Assembly: GCA_964252075.1 (NCBI GenBank) | Contig: CAXULY010000001.1 | Span: forward strand, 183,787-247,786 | From: an uncultured Deinococcaceae bacterium | GTDB lineage: Bacteria; Deinococcota; Deinococci; Deinococcales; Deinococcaceae | Length of the DNA stretch: 64,000 nt | Direction of reading: 5' to 3' | Shown: positions 1 to 13,887 of the stretch, piece by piece | Numbering within the stretch: position 1 is the first letter of the stretch | How the letters are laid out: each line of letters opens with the position of its first letter | The notes under the pieces: generated by a model | The model's database searches: none | Seen by the model: the letters and a program-made list of their open reading frames with translations, nothing else | Told to the model about the DNA's origin: nothing | Position numbers and translations under genes: made by a program

Positions 1-1227
<1,227 letters not shown>

Positions 1228-1312
1228 GCGTGGCCTCGCGGTGTGGTCCGTTCATTCCAAGTGGTTTTCACACTTCACCCCTCAGTTCCAGTGTACTGCG
1301 ATTGGTGTGACT

Positions 1313-1342
1313 TTGACGCAAATGGGGATCACCCTTTAGCAT
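1313..1342 (+). promoter_or_regulatory. Putative sigma70-type promoter for the ileS leader
   Basis: TTGACG (1313-1318), 18 bp spacer, TAGCAT (1337-1342), just upstream of the T-box leader. Confidence 0.5.
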
Positions 1343-1379
1343 AGACCCACGGCGCCGAGCAGGTGCCGCCACAACCCAG

Positions 1380-1633
1380 AAGGCGAACGCGAGGACGAGT
1401 AGGTGCGCGGCACGGCACGGAGCGAGCTGGGGATGGTGGAAGCCCGGCGGCACGGCCCGCATCGAAGATCCCCTCCCGCGCCGCCCGAAGAACAGCCCTG
1501 CGGGGCTCAGTAGACCGGGACGGATCACCCCCCGACAGTGGGCGAGCGAAGGCCGAAAGCACATTCGGTGAAGTTGGGTGGTACCGCGCCGCGTCCCAGG
1601 CGCCCCAGCACACGCTGGGGCGCCTGTCTTTTC
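1380..1633 (+). ncRNA. T-box riboswitch (Ile specifier AUC) with intrinsic terminator
   Basis: Stem I motifs GAGTAG and GAGCGAGCTGGGGATGGTGGAAGCCC; specifier loop GAAG-ATC (1468-1470); T-box AAGTTGGGTGGTACCGCG (1571-1588); terminator CAGGCGCCCCAGC-acac-GCTGGGGCGCCTG followed by a T-rich tail; directly upstream of ileS. Confidence 0.92.
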
Positions 1634-1653
1634 TGTCCGACCACGGAGGCACC

Positions 1654-4950
<3,297 letters not shown>

Positions 4951-4957
4951 TTCATTG

Positions 4958-4982
4958 AAGGCAGGGGTTACCCCCTGCTTTC
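4958..4982 (+). terminator. Hairpin after ileS
   Basis: AAGGCAGGGG-ttac-CCCCTGCTTT, then a pyrimidine-rich tail. Confidence 0.6.
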
Positions 4983-4994
4983 CTTGCCTTCTGT

Positions 4995-5012
4995 TAGTGA
5001 ATGGATTCACAA
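4995..5012. promoter_or_regulatory. Rex-like / CRP-like operator palindrome
   Basis: TAGTGAA-tgga-TTCACAA matches TTGTGAA-N4-TTCACAA at 13/14 positions and also reads AGTGA-N6-TCACA; lies in an AT-rich patch. Confidence 0.55.
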
Positions 5013-5148
5013 TTCTTCTTATTAGTGAAGATTTTCTTCTTTTCGCCATTTATCCTGATGACATGGTGCCTTGAGGCTCCCTATAGAACTCAAGGGGCCT
5101 TCAGGCAATCCACCGTTGAGCCCGAAAGCGCCGCCGTTCAATGACATC

Positions 5149-5265
5149 ATGATCGAGACCACGGTGCTCCTGCTCTCCAGTGCCGCCCTGCTCGGCACAT
5201 ACCTCACCCAGCGCCGCACCATCCGCCTCCGCCGCGCGCACCTGCTCGCCCGTTTTCGGTTCTAG
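5149..5265 (+). CDS. Putative 38-aa small membrane protein
   Basis: MIETTVLLLSSAALLGTYLTQRRTIRLRRAHLLARFRF: hydrophobic N-half, Arg-rich tail, GC3-rich codons. Confidence 0.45.
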   Translation: MIETTVLLLSSAALLGTYLTQRRTIRLRRAHLLARFRF

Positions 5266-5324
5266 AAGCCACACAACAGCGCGGCCTCGAGCCCAGAGGC
5301 CTGAGGCCGCGCAACCATGCGCTC

Positions 5325-7148
5325 CTACATCGCTTCCGGCACCTCGACGCCCAGCAGGCCCAGAGTCTCCACGAAGGTCTCGCGCAACTTGTCCACCAGC
5401 GCGAGGCGCGCCTCCCGCAGGCCCGGCGCGCTCGCCAGGACGTTCGTCGCGGCCTTCCCATCGGCGCCTTTCGCGTTGTACCAGCCGTTGAACGCCGCCG
5501 CGAGGTCCAGCGCGTACTGCGCCACCACGTGCGGGCTGTGCAGGCGCACGGAAGCCTGCACCGCTTCCGGCAGGCGCGCCACCACCTTCGCGAGGGTCAG
5601 ATCCAGCGGCGTGAGCAGCGCGTAATCCGGCTCGCCCAGCGCCTCACCGGACTCCTCCACGCGCCGCCGGATGTTCGCCGCGCGGACCGCCGCGTACTGC
5701 ACGTACACCGACGTGTCCCCCTGAAGCGCCAGCGCCTGCTCCCACCGGAAATCCAGCGTGCGCGTGGGCTCGCTGCGCACCATCGCGAAACGCAGCGCCC
5801 CGATGCCGATGCGACGCGCGATCTCCCCCGCGCCCGCGCTCGCCGCGAGGTCCGGGTTGATCTGCGCCAGCACGCCCGCCGCGCGGCGCTGCGCCTCGTC
5901 CATCACCTCGTCCGCACTCACCGCGATGCCCTTGCGGCCCGAGATGGTCTGCCCCTCCAGCGTCACGAACGCGTAATTCAGGTGGAAGCTGCGCGCCTCC
6001 TCCTCCGGGTGACCCGCCACGCCCAGCGCCGCCCGCACAATCTTCTGCGGGTGATCCTGACGCGAATCGATCACGTTGATCACCTCATGCGCGTGCGAGA
6101 AGCGCTTCTGCACGTCCGGCTCGCCGTCCGGCGCGCTCGTCCAGATTTCCTTCCCCTCCGGGTCCGCCATGAACGGCTTGAAGCGCATGCCCTCGAACAG
6201 CCCGAACTTCCAGAACTGCTGCCCGATGTCCTTCGCCGCGTACATCGCCGTGCCGTCCGACCGGATGAGCACCACGTTCGGCTCCTCCAGGCCCGGCATG
6301 AACGGCGACACGTCCATCACCAGCGCGCCCGCGAACTTCCCCTCCTGCGGCCGCTGCGTGTACGGACTGTCCTGCAGGATGTTCATGGCCTTCGCGAGGA
6401 ACCCGCTCCCCACGATGTCCGACTCCCACGTGAGCAGGTCATAGCGGGCGCCGAGGCGGAAGCACGTCTCCAGGTGCGCCCTCACGATGCGCTCCACCTC
6501 GTGCCGCAACTCACCCGCCTCCAGGCGGTGCATGACCGCCCGGATGCCGTCCTCCAGCGCGGGCTTCTGCGCATCGGCGTTCAGGCGCACGTAGCCCTCA
6601 CCCATGAAGTGGTCGTACTTCCGCTCGCCGTCCCACGCGAGGCCGTAATGCGACTGCGCGTACAGGCTCTCCGCCGCCTGACGCCCCGTGTCATCAATGT
6701 AGTTCTGCACCTCCACCGGGAACCCCGCCGCCGCGAAGATGCGCGCCATGCTGTCCCCGAGGGCCACATTCCGCACGTGCCCCACGTGCAGTTCCTTGTT
6801 CGGGTTCACGCCCGTGTGCTCGATGACCACCTTGCCGGGCTGACGCTCCGGCGCGGGACGCTCCACCACGATGGCCCGCACGAACGCCGCGCGGTCCACG
6901 AAGAAATTCAGGTACGGTCCCGTCGCCTCCGCGCGCTCCACCCCCACCGGCAACTGAATCGCCGCGGCGAGCTGCGCCGCAAGTTGCGCGGGGTTCTGAC
7001 GCAGCACCTTTGCCAGCGCGAACGCCGCAGGCGTTCCATAATCTCCGGGCTTGTCCGGCGGGGTCTCCTGAATGACCGCCTCGGCCTCAGCACCAAGCGA
7101 GCGGATGGCGGCCTCCACGGCCTCTCTGAGCTGCGCCTTCACGTCCAT
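5325..7148 (-). CDS. argS: Arginine--tRNA ligase
   Basis: VVIEHTGVNPNKELHVGHVRN (HIGH region), RSDGTAMY, ISGRKG, YVQYA. Start taken as MDVKAQL, 8 nt after TACACT. Confidence 0.96.
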   Translation of the reverse strand: MDVKAQLREAVEAAIRSLGAEAEAVIQETPPDKPGDYGTPAAFALAKVLRQNPAQLAAQLAAAIQLPVGVERAEATGPYLNFFVDRAAFVRAIVVERPAPERQPGKVVIEHTGVNPNKELHVGHVRNVALGDSMARIFAAAGFPVEVQNYIDDTGRQAAESLYAQSHYGLAWDGERKYDHFMGEGYVRLNADAQKPALEDGIRAVMHRLEAGELRHEVERIVRAHLETCFRLGARYDLLTWESDIVGSGFLAKAMNILQDSPYTQRPQEGKFAGALVMDVSPFMPGLEEPNVVLIRSDGTAMYAAKDIGQQFWKFGLFEGMRFKPFMADPEGKEIWTSAPDGEPDVQKRFSHAHEVINVIDSRQDHPQKIVRAALGVAGHPEEEARSFHLNYAFVTLEGQTISGRKGIAVSADEVMDEAQRRAAGVLAQINPDLAASAGAGEIARRIGIGALRFAMVRSEPTRTLDFRWEQALALQGDTSVYVQYAAVRAANIRRRVEESGEALGEPDYALLTPLDLTLAKVVARLPEAVQASVRLHSPHVVAQYALDLAAAFNGWYNAKGADGKAATNVLASAPGLREARLALVDKLRETFVETLGLLGVEVPEAM

Positions 7149-7229
7149 AGCACGCCAGTGTAGCAAAGCTCAGGTGACGCTTAAGGTCCCGTCACGTCAA
7201 GGTCAGTTTGGACCGTCACAGTGAGAGGC

Positions 7230-7763
7230 ATGAAGAAGCTTATCGGGCTCCTGGCCCTCTCCGGCCTCCTCGCCTCGTGCGGTTCCACCATCGTCGGGTC
7301 CGACGTTACGCTGTCCAGCGACTATTTCGTAACCAACGCCCAGCTTGATAACGGCGGCACGTACAGCGGCCCGGTCATCTGCGACGACCGTTATACGAAT
7401 CTGGCGTTTAGCTTCAACTACCTGGGCGCGACGCCGTACTCGGTCACGGCGACGTTGGAGGGCAGCTTCGGCGGCACCCAGAAGCCCAACATCACGGATT
7501 TCGATGACACGGGGAGCGAGCTGACGATCTACTTCACCACGCCGCCCGTCAGCGCCCCACTGTCGCTGGGTGGTGGTCTGAAAGCACAGTCCAGTGGTGG
7601 CCTCAAGGCCCAGGCCATCATCCCCACTCCGAAGCCCCTGCCGAACCCCGTCGTGATTGGGTCCACGCGCGTCAATTTCACGGTGAACCTGCAAGACGGG
7701 TCGTCCGTTCCAGAGTCCACGGCGTTCATCCCGGTTGTGGACAACTGCGATACCGCGCAGTAA
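7230..7763 (+). CDS. Hypothetical lipoprotein
   Basis: MKKLIGLLALSGLLASCG lipobox; beta-rich mature part. Confidence 0.75.
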   Translation: MKKLIGLLALSGLLASCGSTIVGSDVTLSSDYFVTNAQLDNGGTYSGPVICDDRYTNLAFSFNYLGATPYSVTATLEGSFGGTQKPNITDFDDTGSELTIYFTTPPVSAPLSLGGGLKAQSSGGLKAQAIIPTPKPLPNPVVIGSTRVNFTVNLQDGSSVPESTAFIPVVDNCDTAQ

Positions 7764-7778
7764 CACGTGCTGCACCCC

Positions 7779-7806
7779 GGTCGCTCCTTCGGGAGCGGCT
7801 TTTTCT
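7779..7806 (+). terminator. Intrinsic terminator
   Basis: GTCGCTCC-TTCG-GGAGCGGC followed by TTTTTC. Confidence 0.8.
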
Positions 7807-7823
7807 TGTTACACTCACCTCAC

Positions 7824-8234
7824 ATGTCCAACCATGATGAGGCGCTGTACCGGCAGTGGATGGAGTTGCTGGAGTGGATGCGGGCAAGTGCCGTCTCAAC
7901 GGGCCTGAGTTTCGAGAAGGTCGCGGATTTCCCGGATTACATCTACCGCATGGAGCGTCCGTACGACCTGCCGACCACCATCATGAGCGCCAGCTTGAGC
8001 GCGGGCACGGCCCAGGGCGGGAATCAACCGTTGCTGGTGGCAGCGGTGAGCCCCCGGCATGTGGACCTGAAGGGCGTGCAGCTCCGCCTGATGGGTGGGA
8101 GCAAGCACTGGCATTTGCATGCGGGTGAGGGAGGGCTGCTGGAGGGGAAGCGGCCTTTCACGCGGGAGCGTTTCGCGGCCATCGTGGATCAGGCTGTGGC
8201 GGGTTTGGAGGCGGGCGCTACAGCGAATTCGTAA
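7824..8234 (+). CDS. nqo15: NADH-quinone oxidoreductase subunit 15 (Nqo15, frataxin-like)
   Basis: LYRQWMELLEWMR...FEKVADFPDYIYRMERPYDLPTTIMSASLS...VSPRH closely resembles Thermus Nqo15 as recalled. Confidence 0.85.
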   Translation: MSNHDEALYRQWMELLEWMRASAVSTGLSFEKVADFPDYIYRMERPYDLPTTIMSASLSAGTAQGGNQPLLVAAVSPRHVDLKGVQLRLMGGSKHWHLHAGEGGLLEGKRPFTRERFAAIVDQAVAGLEAGATANS

Positions 8235-8238
8235 ATGT

Positions 8239-8286
8239 CAACGGCGGCCATTGAACGCTTCAATGGCCGCCGTTGTATATATTTTT
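8239..8286. terminator. Bidirectional terminator between convergent genes
   Basis: 17-bp perfect stem CAACGGCGGCCATTGAA-cgc-TTCAATGGCCGCCGTTG followed by an AT/T run. Confidence 0.8.
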
Positions 8287-8744
8287 TACAGCCAGCGGAA
8301 GGCCATGAACGCCGCCAGGATGCCGAGGGCGGCCCCGACCACCACCTCGAAGTACGTGTGCCCGAGCAGCACGCGCAGGGGTTTCGGTGCGAAGCCCTCA
8401 CGCACGAGGTCCTGAAGCTCCATCACGAGTTCGTTGATGAGTTTTGCCTGCTGGCCACTGGCGTGCCGCACGCCCGTCGCGTCATACATGACGATCAGGG
8501 CGAACACCACCGCCACCGCGAACAACGGACTGCCCATGCCCTGCGTGAGACCCACCCCCGTTGAGAGGGCCGTCACCATGGCGCTGTGACTGGACGGCAT
8601 GCCGCCGGTCTCCAGGAACTTCACGGGCGCCCAGCGCCGTTCGAACAGCAGGATGAGGAACACCTTGATGACCTGCGCGCCCGTGGAGGCGAGGACCGCC
8701 GTCCACAGCCACCGGTTTTCAAGGAGGTCAATCAGGCCGTTCAT
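8286..8744 (-). CDS. Divergent PAP2 family protein (DUF212)
   Basis: [26 protein letters not shown] motifs. Confidence 0.9.
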   Translation of the reverse strand: MNGLIDLLENRWLWTAVLASTGAQVIKVFLILLFERRWAPVKFLETGGMPSSHSAMVTALSTGVGLTQGMGSPLFAVAVVFALIVMYDATGVRHASGQQAKLINELVMELQDLVREGFAPKPLRVLLGHTYFEVVVGAALGILAAFMAFRWL

Positions 8745-9235
8745 GCGGGCGGAAGTGAATCCCCGCTGCCTTCGCGCCGCTCGACGTCCCGCGCGAGCCC
8801 GCCGAGCACGCCGTTCACGAAGCGCCCGCTGTCCTCGCCGCCGAACTTGCGCGCGATACGCACCGCGGACTCAATGATGGGCGGCAGGGGGCTGTCCGAA
8901 TGCGTCATCTCGTAGGCGCTCAGGCGCAGGACATTCAGGTCCGTCTGCGCCATCTGCTCGAAACTCCAGCCGCGGATGGTGCGCGCGAGCAGCGCGTCAA
9001 TCTCCGCGCGGTGCGCCTCGAAGCCCAGCAGGAGGTCACGCGCGAAGTCGAAGGCCTCCTCGTTCAGCTGCGGGTACACGTCCTCCCCGTGGCGCATGCT
9101 GGCGCCCGCCCGAGCAAGGGCCTCCTCCGTGCTGCCCTGGCCGCGCTCCGCCTCGAACAGCACGCGAAACGCGAACTCACGCGCGGCGCGGCGCGTCCCG
9201 GTGGGCGCCTCCGCGCGTTCCCGTCGGCGCGTCAA
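8741..9235 (-). CDS. nusB: Transcription antitermination factor NusB
   Basis: [42 protein letters not shown] start immediately after the stop of the upstream gene. Confidence 0.93.
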   Translation of the reverse strand: MTRRRERAEAPTGTRRAAREFAFRVLFEAERGQGSTEEALARAGASMRHGEDVYPQLNEEAFDFARDLLLGFEAHRAEIDALLARTIRGWSFEQMAQTDLNVLRLSAYEMTHSDSPLPPIIESAVRIARKFGGEDSGRFVNGVLGGLARDVERREGSGDSLPPA

Positions 9236-9236
9236 C

Positions 9237-9584
9237 TCAGGCCCCCCGAGGCAAGGTGAGGCCCTGCACGACGACATTCACCGCACGCACCTTGAGGCCC
9301 GTCATGAGCTGCAGGTTCTCGGTGAGGGCCTGCTGCACGGTCTGCGCGAGCGCCATGAGGTTCCGCCCGTACTCGATGTTCAGGCCCACCTCAATGGTGA
9401 CGCCCTCCCCTTCGCGCGTCACGCGCAGGGCGCGGGGTGAACGCAGGTTGCGGGGGCGGGCGGGCGTCTGGCGCAGCACCTCACCGACCTTCAGGGGCGC
9501 CGCGGCGATCTCCAGCCCCTCAATGCGCTCCAGGGTGGTCGCGGCGATGTCAATCAGCACGTTCTTGTTGATGTCGAGTTCCAT
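9237..9584 (-). CDS. Asp23/Gls24 family envelope stress protein
   Basis: [10 protein letters not shown]...[16 protein letters not shown]...[21 protein letters not shown]; usual position upstream of nusB. Confidence 0.88.
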   Translation of the reverse strand: MELDINKNVLIDIAATTLERIEGLEIAAAPLKVGEVLRQTPARPRNLRSPRALRVTREGEGVTIEVGLNIEYGRNLMALAQTVQQALTENLQLMTGLKVRAVNVVVQGLTLPRGA

Positions 9585-10080
9585 GTGGCCTCCGGCCCCG
9601 TCTTGACAGGCCTTCGCGTGAAAGGGATGGGGGCGCTGGATCACCGGCGCCCCACTCAGCCTCCTCAGTCTAGCAAGGCCGTCAGCCCTGCCGCCGCGCC
9701 CTCTGGCATCGCCGCGAAGGGCAAGACGCACCGTTCGCGCTGCGCCCCGCAACGAACACGCTCAGGTTCGCCCTGCTCTTGCTTCCAGATGGGAAAAGGA
9801 CCTTGGCTCCGGCGCTGCTCCATTGATTCCTGCTGCATTGATGGAAGTTGCGGCCGTTCCCGCAACCCCGCAGGGCCTGACACCTACCGTTTGGTCCTGC
9901 TTCGCCGCGTACACCTAGAAGGGATAGAACCGCGAGCAGGTGGGGACGCTCCTTCAGCAGGAGTAGAGCACTTGCGTAACGCGAAGGCCTCAGTGACACT
10001 TAGAAGGCACCGATGTGCTACAAGCAAAGCCCAACGCTGAAGTGAGTCAGGCGCGTGATTTGGCCGGGCGTTGACCCGGT

Positions 10081-10716
10081 CTACTCGCCGCGCTGGTCGA
10101 GCAGTTCGGTGCGGGCGTCGGCGCTGTCCCGCCGCACAAGGCCCACGCCCGGCACGAACCACTCGGTCTGGCGCAGCACCTTCTGGTACGGCAGCACACC
10201 CAGTTTGCCCGTGAGGGTGCGCGTGACGTCCACGCGGTACGCCGTGAAGCGGCCGGCGGCCACGGTCACGGGTTCCTGCGCCATCACGCGGAAGGCGACG
10301 TCCATGCTGCCGCGCCCTGAGAGCTTGAGGGGTCCCTGCATGCTGGCCTCGAGGTCCACCGTGTAGTTCCAGGTGCTGCCTACCCGCCAGTCCCCGAGTG
10401 CTGGGAGGGCCGTGCCGCGCACCCCGAGGACGCGCGCCTGCAGGCCCGGCACGTCCACGCTCGCGTCTGTGGGTTGCATCTCGCCGGCCACGCAGCGGTA
10501 ATGCTGCTGCGGCAGGGCGCCGGGCGCGGCGCTCTCCTCGGTCACGTTGCCCTGGTCGTCCGACATGCGGCGCACGGCGTAGGTGTCCGTGCGGCCCGCC
10601 TCGGTGCGCGCGTAAATCCAGACGGAGCCGCTGTCGGCGGGCAGCATGGGGTTGCTGCAGGCCGCGTCGGCTCCGCTGGCGAGCGCCAGCGTCAGGATCA
10701 GCCAGGGGGCTTTCAT
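10081..10716 (-). CDS. Secreted hypothetical protein (DUF3108/TapB-like beta-rich C-terminus)
   Basis: Signal peptide MKAPWLILTLALASGADA; EPVTVAAGRFTAYRV...WFVPGVGLVR. Confidence 0.7.
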   Translation of the reverse strand: MKAPWLILTLALASGADAACSNPMLPADSGSVWIYARTEAGRTDTYAVRRMSDDQGNVTEESAAPGALPQQHYRCVAGEMQPTDASVDVPGLQARVLGVRGTALPALGDWRVGSTWNYTVDLEASMQGPLKLSGRGSMDVAFRVMAQEPVTVAAGRFTAYRVDVTRTLTGKLGVLPYQKVLRQTEWFVPGVGLVRRDSADARTELLDQRGE

Positions 10717-10790
10717 CCGGTCACTGTATCGCCCGGGGGGGCGGGCGCGCTGAGGAAAGTCCCACACTCTCTGACGCGCCGGCCGGGCGT

Positions 10791-11132
10791 TCAGGCGCCG
10801 AAGCCCACGGGGTGCCCACCCTCCCAGCCGCCCAGCACGTGCACGTGCGTGTGGTAGACCTCCTGACCGCCGCCCGGGCCGACGTTCACGATCAGGCGGT
10901 AATCCGGCAGAAACTGGTGCGCAACGCGGTTCGCGGTGAGCATGAGGCGCCCCAGGTGGCCCTCGTCGCTGATCTCATCGAGGCGGGCGCTCACGACTTT
11001 GGGGATCACGAGGAGGTGCACGGGCGCACGGGGCGCGATGTCACGGATCGCGATGAATTCGTCGTCCTCGTACACGATGTCGGCGGGAATGTCGCGGGCG
11101 ATGATGCGCTCGAAGAGGGTCTGGTCCGGCAT
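10791..11132 (-). CDS. HIT family (histidine triad) nucleotide-binding protein
   Basis: [41 protein letters not shown]. Confidence 0.95.
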   Translation of the reverse strand: MPDQTLFERIIARDIPADIVYEDDEFIAIRDIAPRAPVHLLVIPKVVSARLDEISDEGHLGRLMLTANRVAHQFLPDYRLIVNVGPGGGQEVYHTHVHVLGGWEGGHPVGFGA

Positions 11133-11150
11133 GCCGCCACTGTAACGCGC

Positions 11151-11972
11151 TCAGCTGCGCCACCACGAGTCGAACGGTGTGATAGGCAGCGCGCGCTTGT
11201 GGCGCGTCTGCAGGTACAGCGCCTCCAGGCGCTCGGCGACCTCCGGTCGCGTGGGGTGTCCCTCCAGGTAGTCGTCAATCTGCGTGTACGTGAGGCCCAG
11301 CGCCGCCTCGTCCGGAATGCCGGGGCGGTCGTCTTCCAGGTCGGCGGTGGGAACTTTGTGCCACAGGCGTTCTGGCGCACCGAGCTGCTGCAGCAGGGCC
11401 GCGCCCTGGCGCTTGGTGAGGCCCGTGAGGGGCGTGAGGTCCACGCCGCCGTCGCCGTACTTCGTGAAGAAGCCCGTGATGGCTTCCGCGGCGTGGTCGG
11501 TGCCGACCACCAGCAGGCGGCGGGCGCCCGCCACGGCGTACTGCGCGACCATGCGTTCGCGCGCCTTCACGTTGCCGCGCACGAAGGGGCTGAGGGTGGC
11601 GCCCTGGCCGTCCTCCACGGCCGCGGCGAGGCCGTCCGCGCCCGCCTTGACGTTCACGGTGACGCGCTCGTCCGGCTGGATAAAGGACAGCGCCACCTGC
11701 GCGTCGTCCTCGTCGGCCTGCACGCCGTACGGGAGGCGCATTGCGACGAAGGCCGCGGTGGTGCCCTCAGCGCGCAGTTCTTCCGCCGCGAGCTGGCACA
11801 GGCGCCCTGCGAGGCTGCTGTCCTGCCCGCCGCTGATGCCGAGCACGAAGCCGCTGGAGGCGCTGCCGCGCAGGTAGGCCTTCAGGAAATCCAGGCGGCG
11901 GCGCACCTCCGCAGCGGGGTCAATGACGGGCTGCACCGCGAGCGCCTGGCGGATGTCGTCACGCAGACTCAT
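11151..11972 (-). CDS. nadE: Ammonia-dependent NAD(+) synthetase
   Basis: [43 protein letters not shown]. Confidence 0.96.
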   Translation of the reverse strand: MSLRDDIRQALAVQPVIDPAAEVRRRLDFLKAYLRGSASSGFVLGISGGQDSSLAGRLCQLAAEELRAEGTTAAFVAMRLPYGVQADEDDAQVALSFIQPDERVTVNVKAGADGLAAAVEDGQGATLSPFVRGNVKARERMVAQYAVAGARRLLVVGTDHAAEAITGFFTKYGDGGVDLTPLTGLTKRQGAALLQQLGAPERLWHKVPTADLEDDRPGIPDEAALGLTYTQIDDYLEGHPTRPEVAERLEALYLQTRHKRALPITPFDSWWRS

Positions 11973-12063
11973 GGCGCCAGCATGGCACGCGCGGCGCGCG
12001 CCGCGCGGCGTCTGAAGGAAGGGTCAATGGGCGCGGCGGCGCGAAGCGCCGAGAATGCCAGGC

Positions 12064-12927
12064 GTGACCTTCGCGGTGCTCATCGGTCGCTTTCAGCCGC
12101 CGCACGCCGCGCACCTGCAGCTGATGCAGGGGGCGCTCGCGCGGCACGGTCGCCTGCTGGTGCTGCTGGGCAGCGCGAACATGGCGCGCAGCGCGAAGAA
12201 CCCCTTCAGCGCCGGGGAGCGCGCGCGGCTCGTCCGCTCGGCCCTCGGGGTGCGCGCGGCGCAGTTGCGGGTGGGGGCGCTGCCCGACCGCTTCGAGGGC
12301 GCGCGCTGGGCGCAGGACGTGCGGGAGGCGGTGGGCCGCTTGGGCTGGCGGGACCCCGTGCTGGTCGGGCACGAGAAGGACGCCACGGGCAGCTACCTGC
12401 ACTGGTTCCCGGACTGGCCGCTGGACGCCCTGCCGGGCGTGCCGGGCCTGAACGCCACGGACCTCCGGCGCGCGCTGTGGCGGCGTGACTGGGGTGCGCT
12501 GGCGGCGCACGTGCACCCCTCGACGCTCGCGTGGCTGGAGGCCTTCGCGCTCACGCCGGTCTTCGCGCGGCTCGCGCAGGAGGCCGCCGCGATTGACGTG
12601 GAGCGTGCCCGCCACCCGGCAGACTGGGTGTGGCGCGAGCGCCTAGGCCTGTACCGCGAGGGACCGCTGGTGGCGCTCGCGCGGCGGCGCGGGCCGATCG
12701 GCGCGGGCCTGTGGAGCCTCCCCGAGGTTCATGGCGAGGGCGGGGCGCTGCTGGGTGTGTTCACGCACCCCTCGCGCTCCCTGCTGGGCGCCAGCGAGGC
12801 GCGCGTCGAGCGCCTGGAGCAGCGACCGGCGGGCGCGGAGGCGCGGCCCCTGCGGGCGATGCTGACTCGACCGCGTCGGTTCTTCGAGGATCACGCCGTC
12901 ATCATCGAGCGCCTGAGTGAAGGGTGA
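12064..12927 (+). CDS. nadM: NMN adenylyltransferase (NadM-type) with a degenerate Nudix C-terminal domain
   Basis: IGRFQPPHAAH, LGSAN...KNPFSAGER, VGHEKD..SYL..FPDW, LNATDLR; C-terminal GLWSLP..., F.HPSRS and FFEDH. GTG start 7 nt after GAGAAT. Confidence 0.8.
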   Translation: MTFAVLIGRFQPPHAAHLQLMQGALARHGRLLVLLGSANMARSAKNPFSAGERARLVRSALGVRAAQLRVGALPDRFEGARWAQDVREAVGRLGWRDPVLVGHEKDATGSYLHWFPDWPLDALPGVPGLNATDLRRALWRRDWGALAAHVHPSTLAWLEAFALTPVFARLAQEAAAIDVERARHPADWVWRERLGLYREGPLVALARRRGPIGAGLWSLPEVHGEGGALLGVFTHPSRSLLGASEARVERLEQRPAGAEARPLRAMLTRPRRFFEDHAVIIERLSEG

Positions 12928-12984
12928 GGAAACGGCGAACATCCAGTTGCGCGCGCGCTCGGTATCTCCATGCAGGAGGACCAC

Positions 12985-13887
12985 ATGAGTGATGAACATC
13001 GCGCAAACATGAACCGCCGTCAGGTGCTGGGCACCCTGGGAAAGGTGGGCCTGGGCCTCACCGCGGCGGCCGCCGTCGCCCCCACCCTGGCGGGCGCGCA
13101 GACCGCCCGGAGCGCCGCGAACGACCCGGCCGTCCTGAACTTCGCCCTGAACCTTGAGTACCTGGAGGCCGCCTTCTACCTCGCCGCCGTGGGGCGCCTG
13201 CGGGAACTGCAGGCGATCGGGGGCGGTGCGGAAATCCGGCTGCCGCAGGGCCTTGACCCGGCGCGCGGCATGCAGTTCCGGGATGCGAACGTGCAGGCGT
13301 ACGTGCGCGACATCGCGGAGGACGAACTGCAGCACGTGAAGTTCCTGCACGCCGCGCTCGGTGGGGCCGCCGCAGCGCGGCCCGCGCTGGACCTCGCTGG
13401 CGCCTTCGACGCGGCGGGCCAGGCGGCGTCCGGCGGGAAGATCAAGGGGTTCAACCCCTACGCGAACGACCTGTTCTTCCTGCACGGCGCCTTCATCTTC
13501 GAGGACGTGGGCGTCACGGCGTACAACGGCGCCGCCACCCTGATCGGCACGCCCGCGTACCTGCAGGCCGCCGCGAGCATCCTGGCGACGGAGGCGTACC
13601 ACGCGGGCGCCATCCGCACGCTGCTGTACCAGCAGCGGCAGGTGGAGGCGGCGGGCAGCCTGTACGTCGGGCAGGTGGTGCAGGCCATCAGCAACCTGCG
13701 CGGCAAGGTGGGCGGCGGGAAGGACCAGGGCCTCAGCGACAACGCGGGCGCCATCATCGCGCCGACCGACGCGAACGGCGGGGCTTTTGCGCGCAGCACG
13801 CGCGAGGTGCTGAACATCGTGTACCTCGCGCCCGGCGCGCACAAGGGCGGCTTCTACCCGAACGGCCTGAACGGCGCCATCAAGTAA
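12985..13887 (+). CDS. Ferritin-like domain protein, desiccation-related PCC13-62 type, Tat-exported
   Basis: NRRQVLG twin-Arg signal; [56 protein letters not shown]. Confidence 0.88.
   Translation: MSDEHRANMNRRQVLGTLGKVGLGLTAAAAVAPTLAGAQTARSAANDPAVLNFALNLEYLEAAFYLAAVGRLRELQAIGGGAEIRLPQGLDPARGMQFRDANVQAYVRDIAEDELQHVKFLHAALGGAAAARPALDLAGAFDAAGQAASGGKIKGFNPYANDLFFLHGAFIFEDVGVTAYNGAATLIGTPAYLQAAASILATEAYHAGAIRTLLYQQRQVEAAGSLYVGQVVQAISNLRGKVGGGKDQGLSDNAGAIIAPTDANGGAFARSTREVLNIVYLAPGAHKGGFYPNGLNGAIK

Noticed and set aside
10752..10762. GAGGAAAGTCC, the RNase P RNA P4 signature
   Set aside because: It sits in a 74-bp gap, the downstream sequence is the antisense of hit/nadE, and I found no matching 3' P4 strand.
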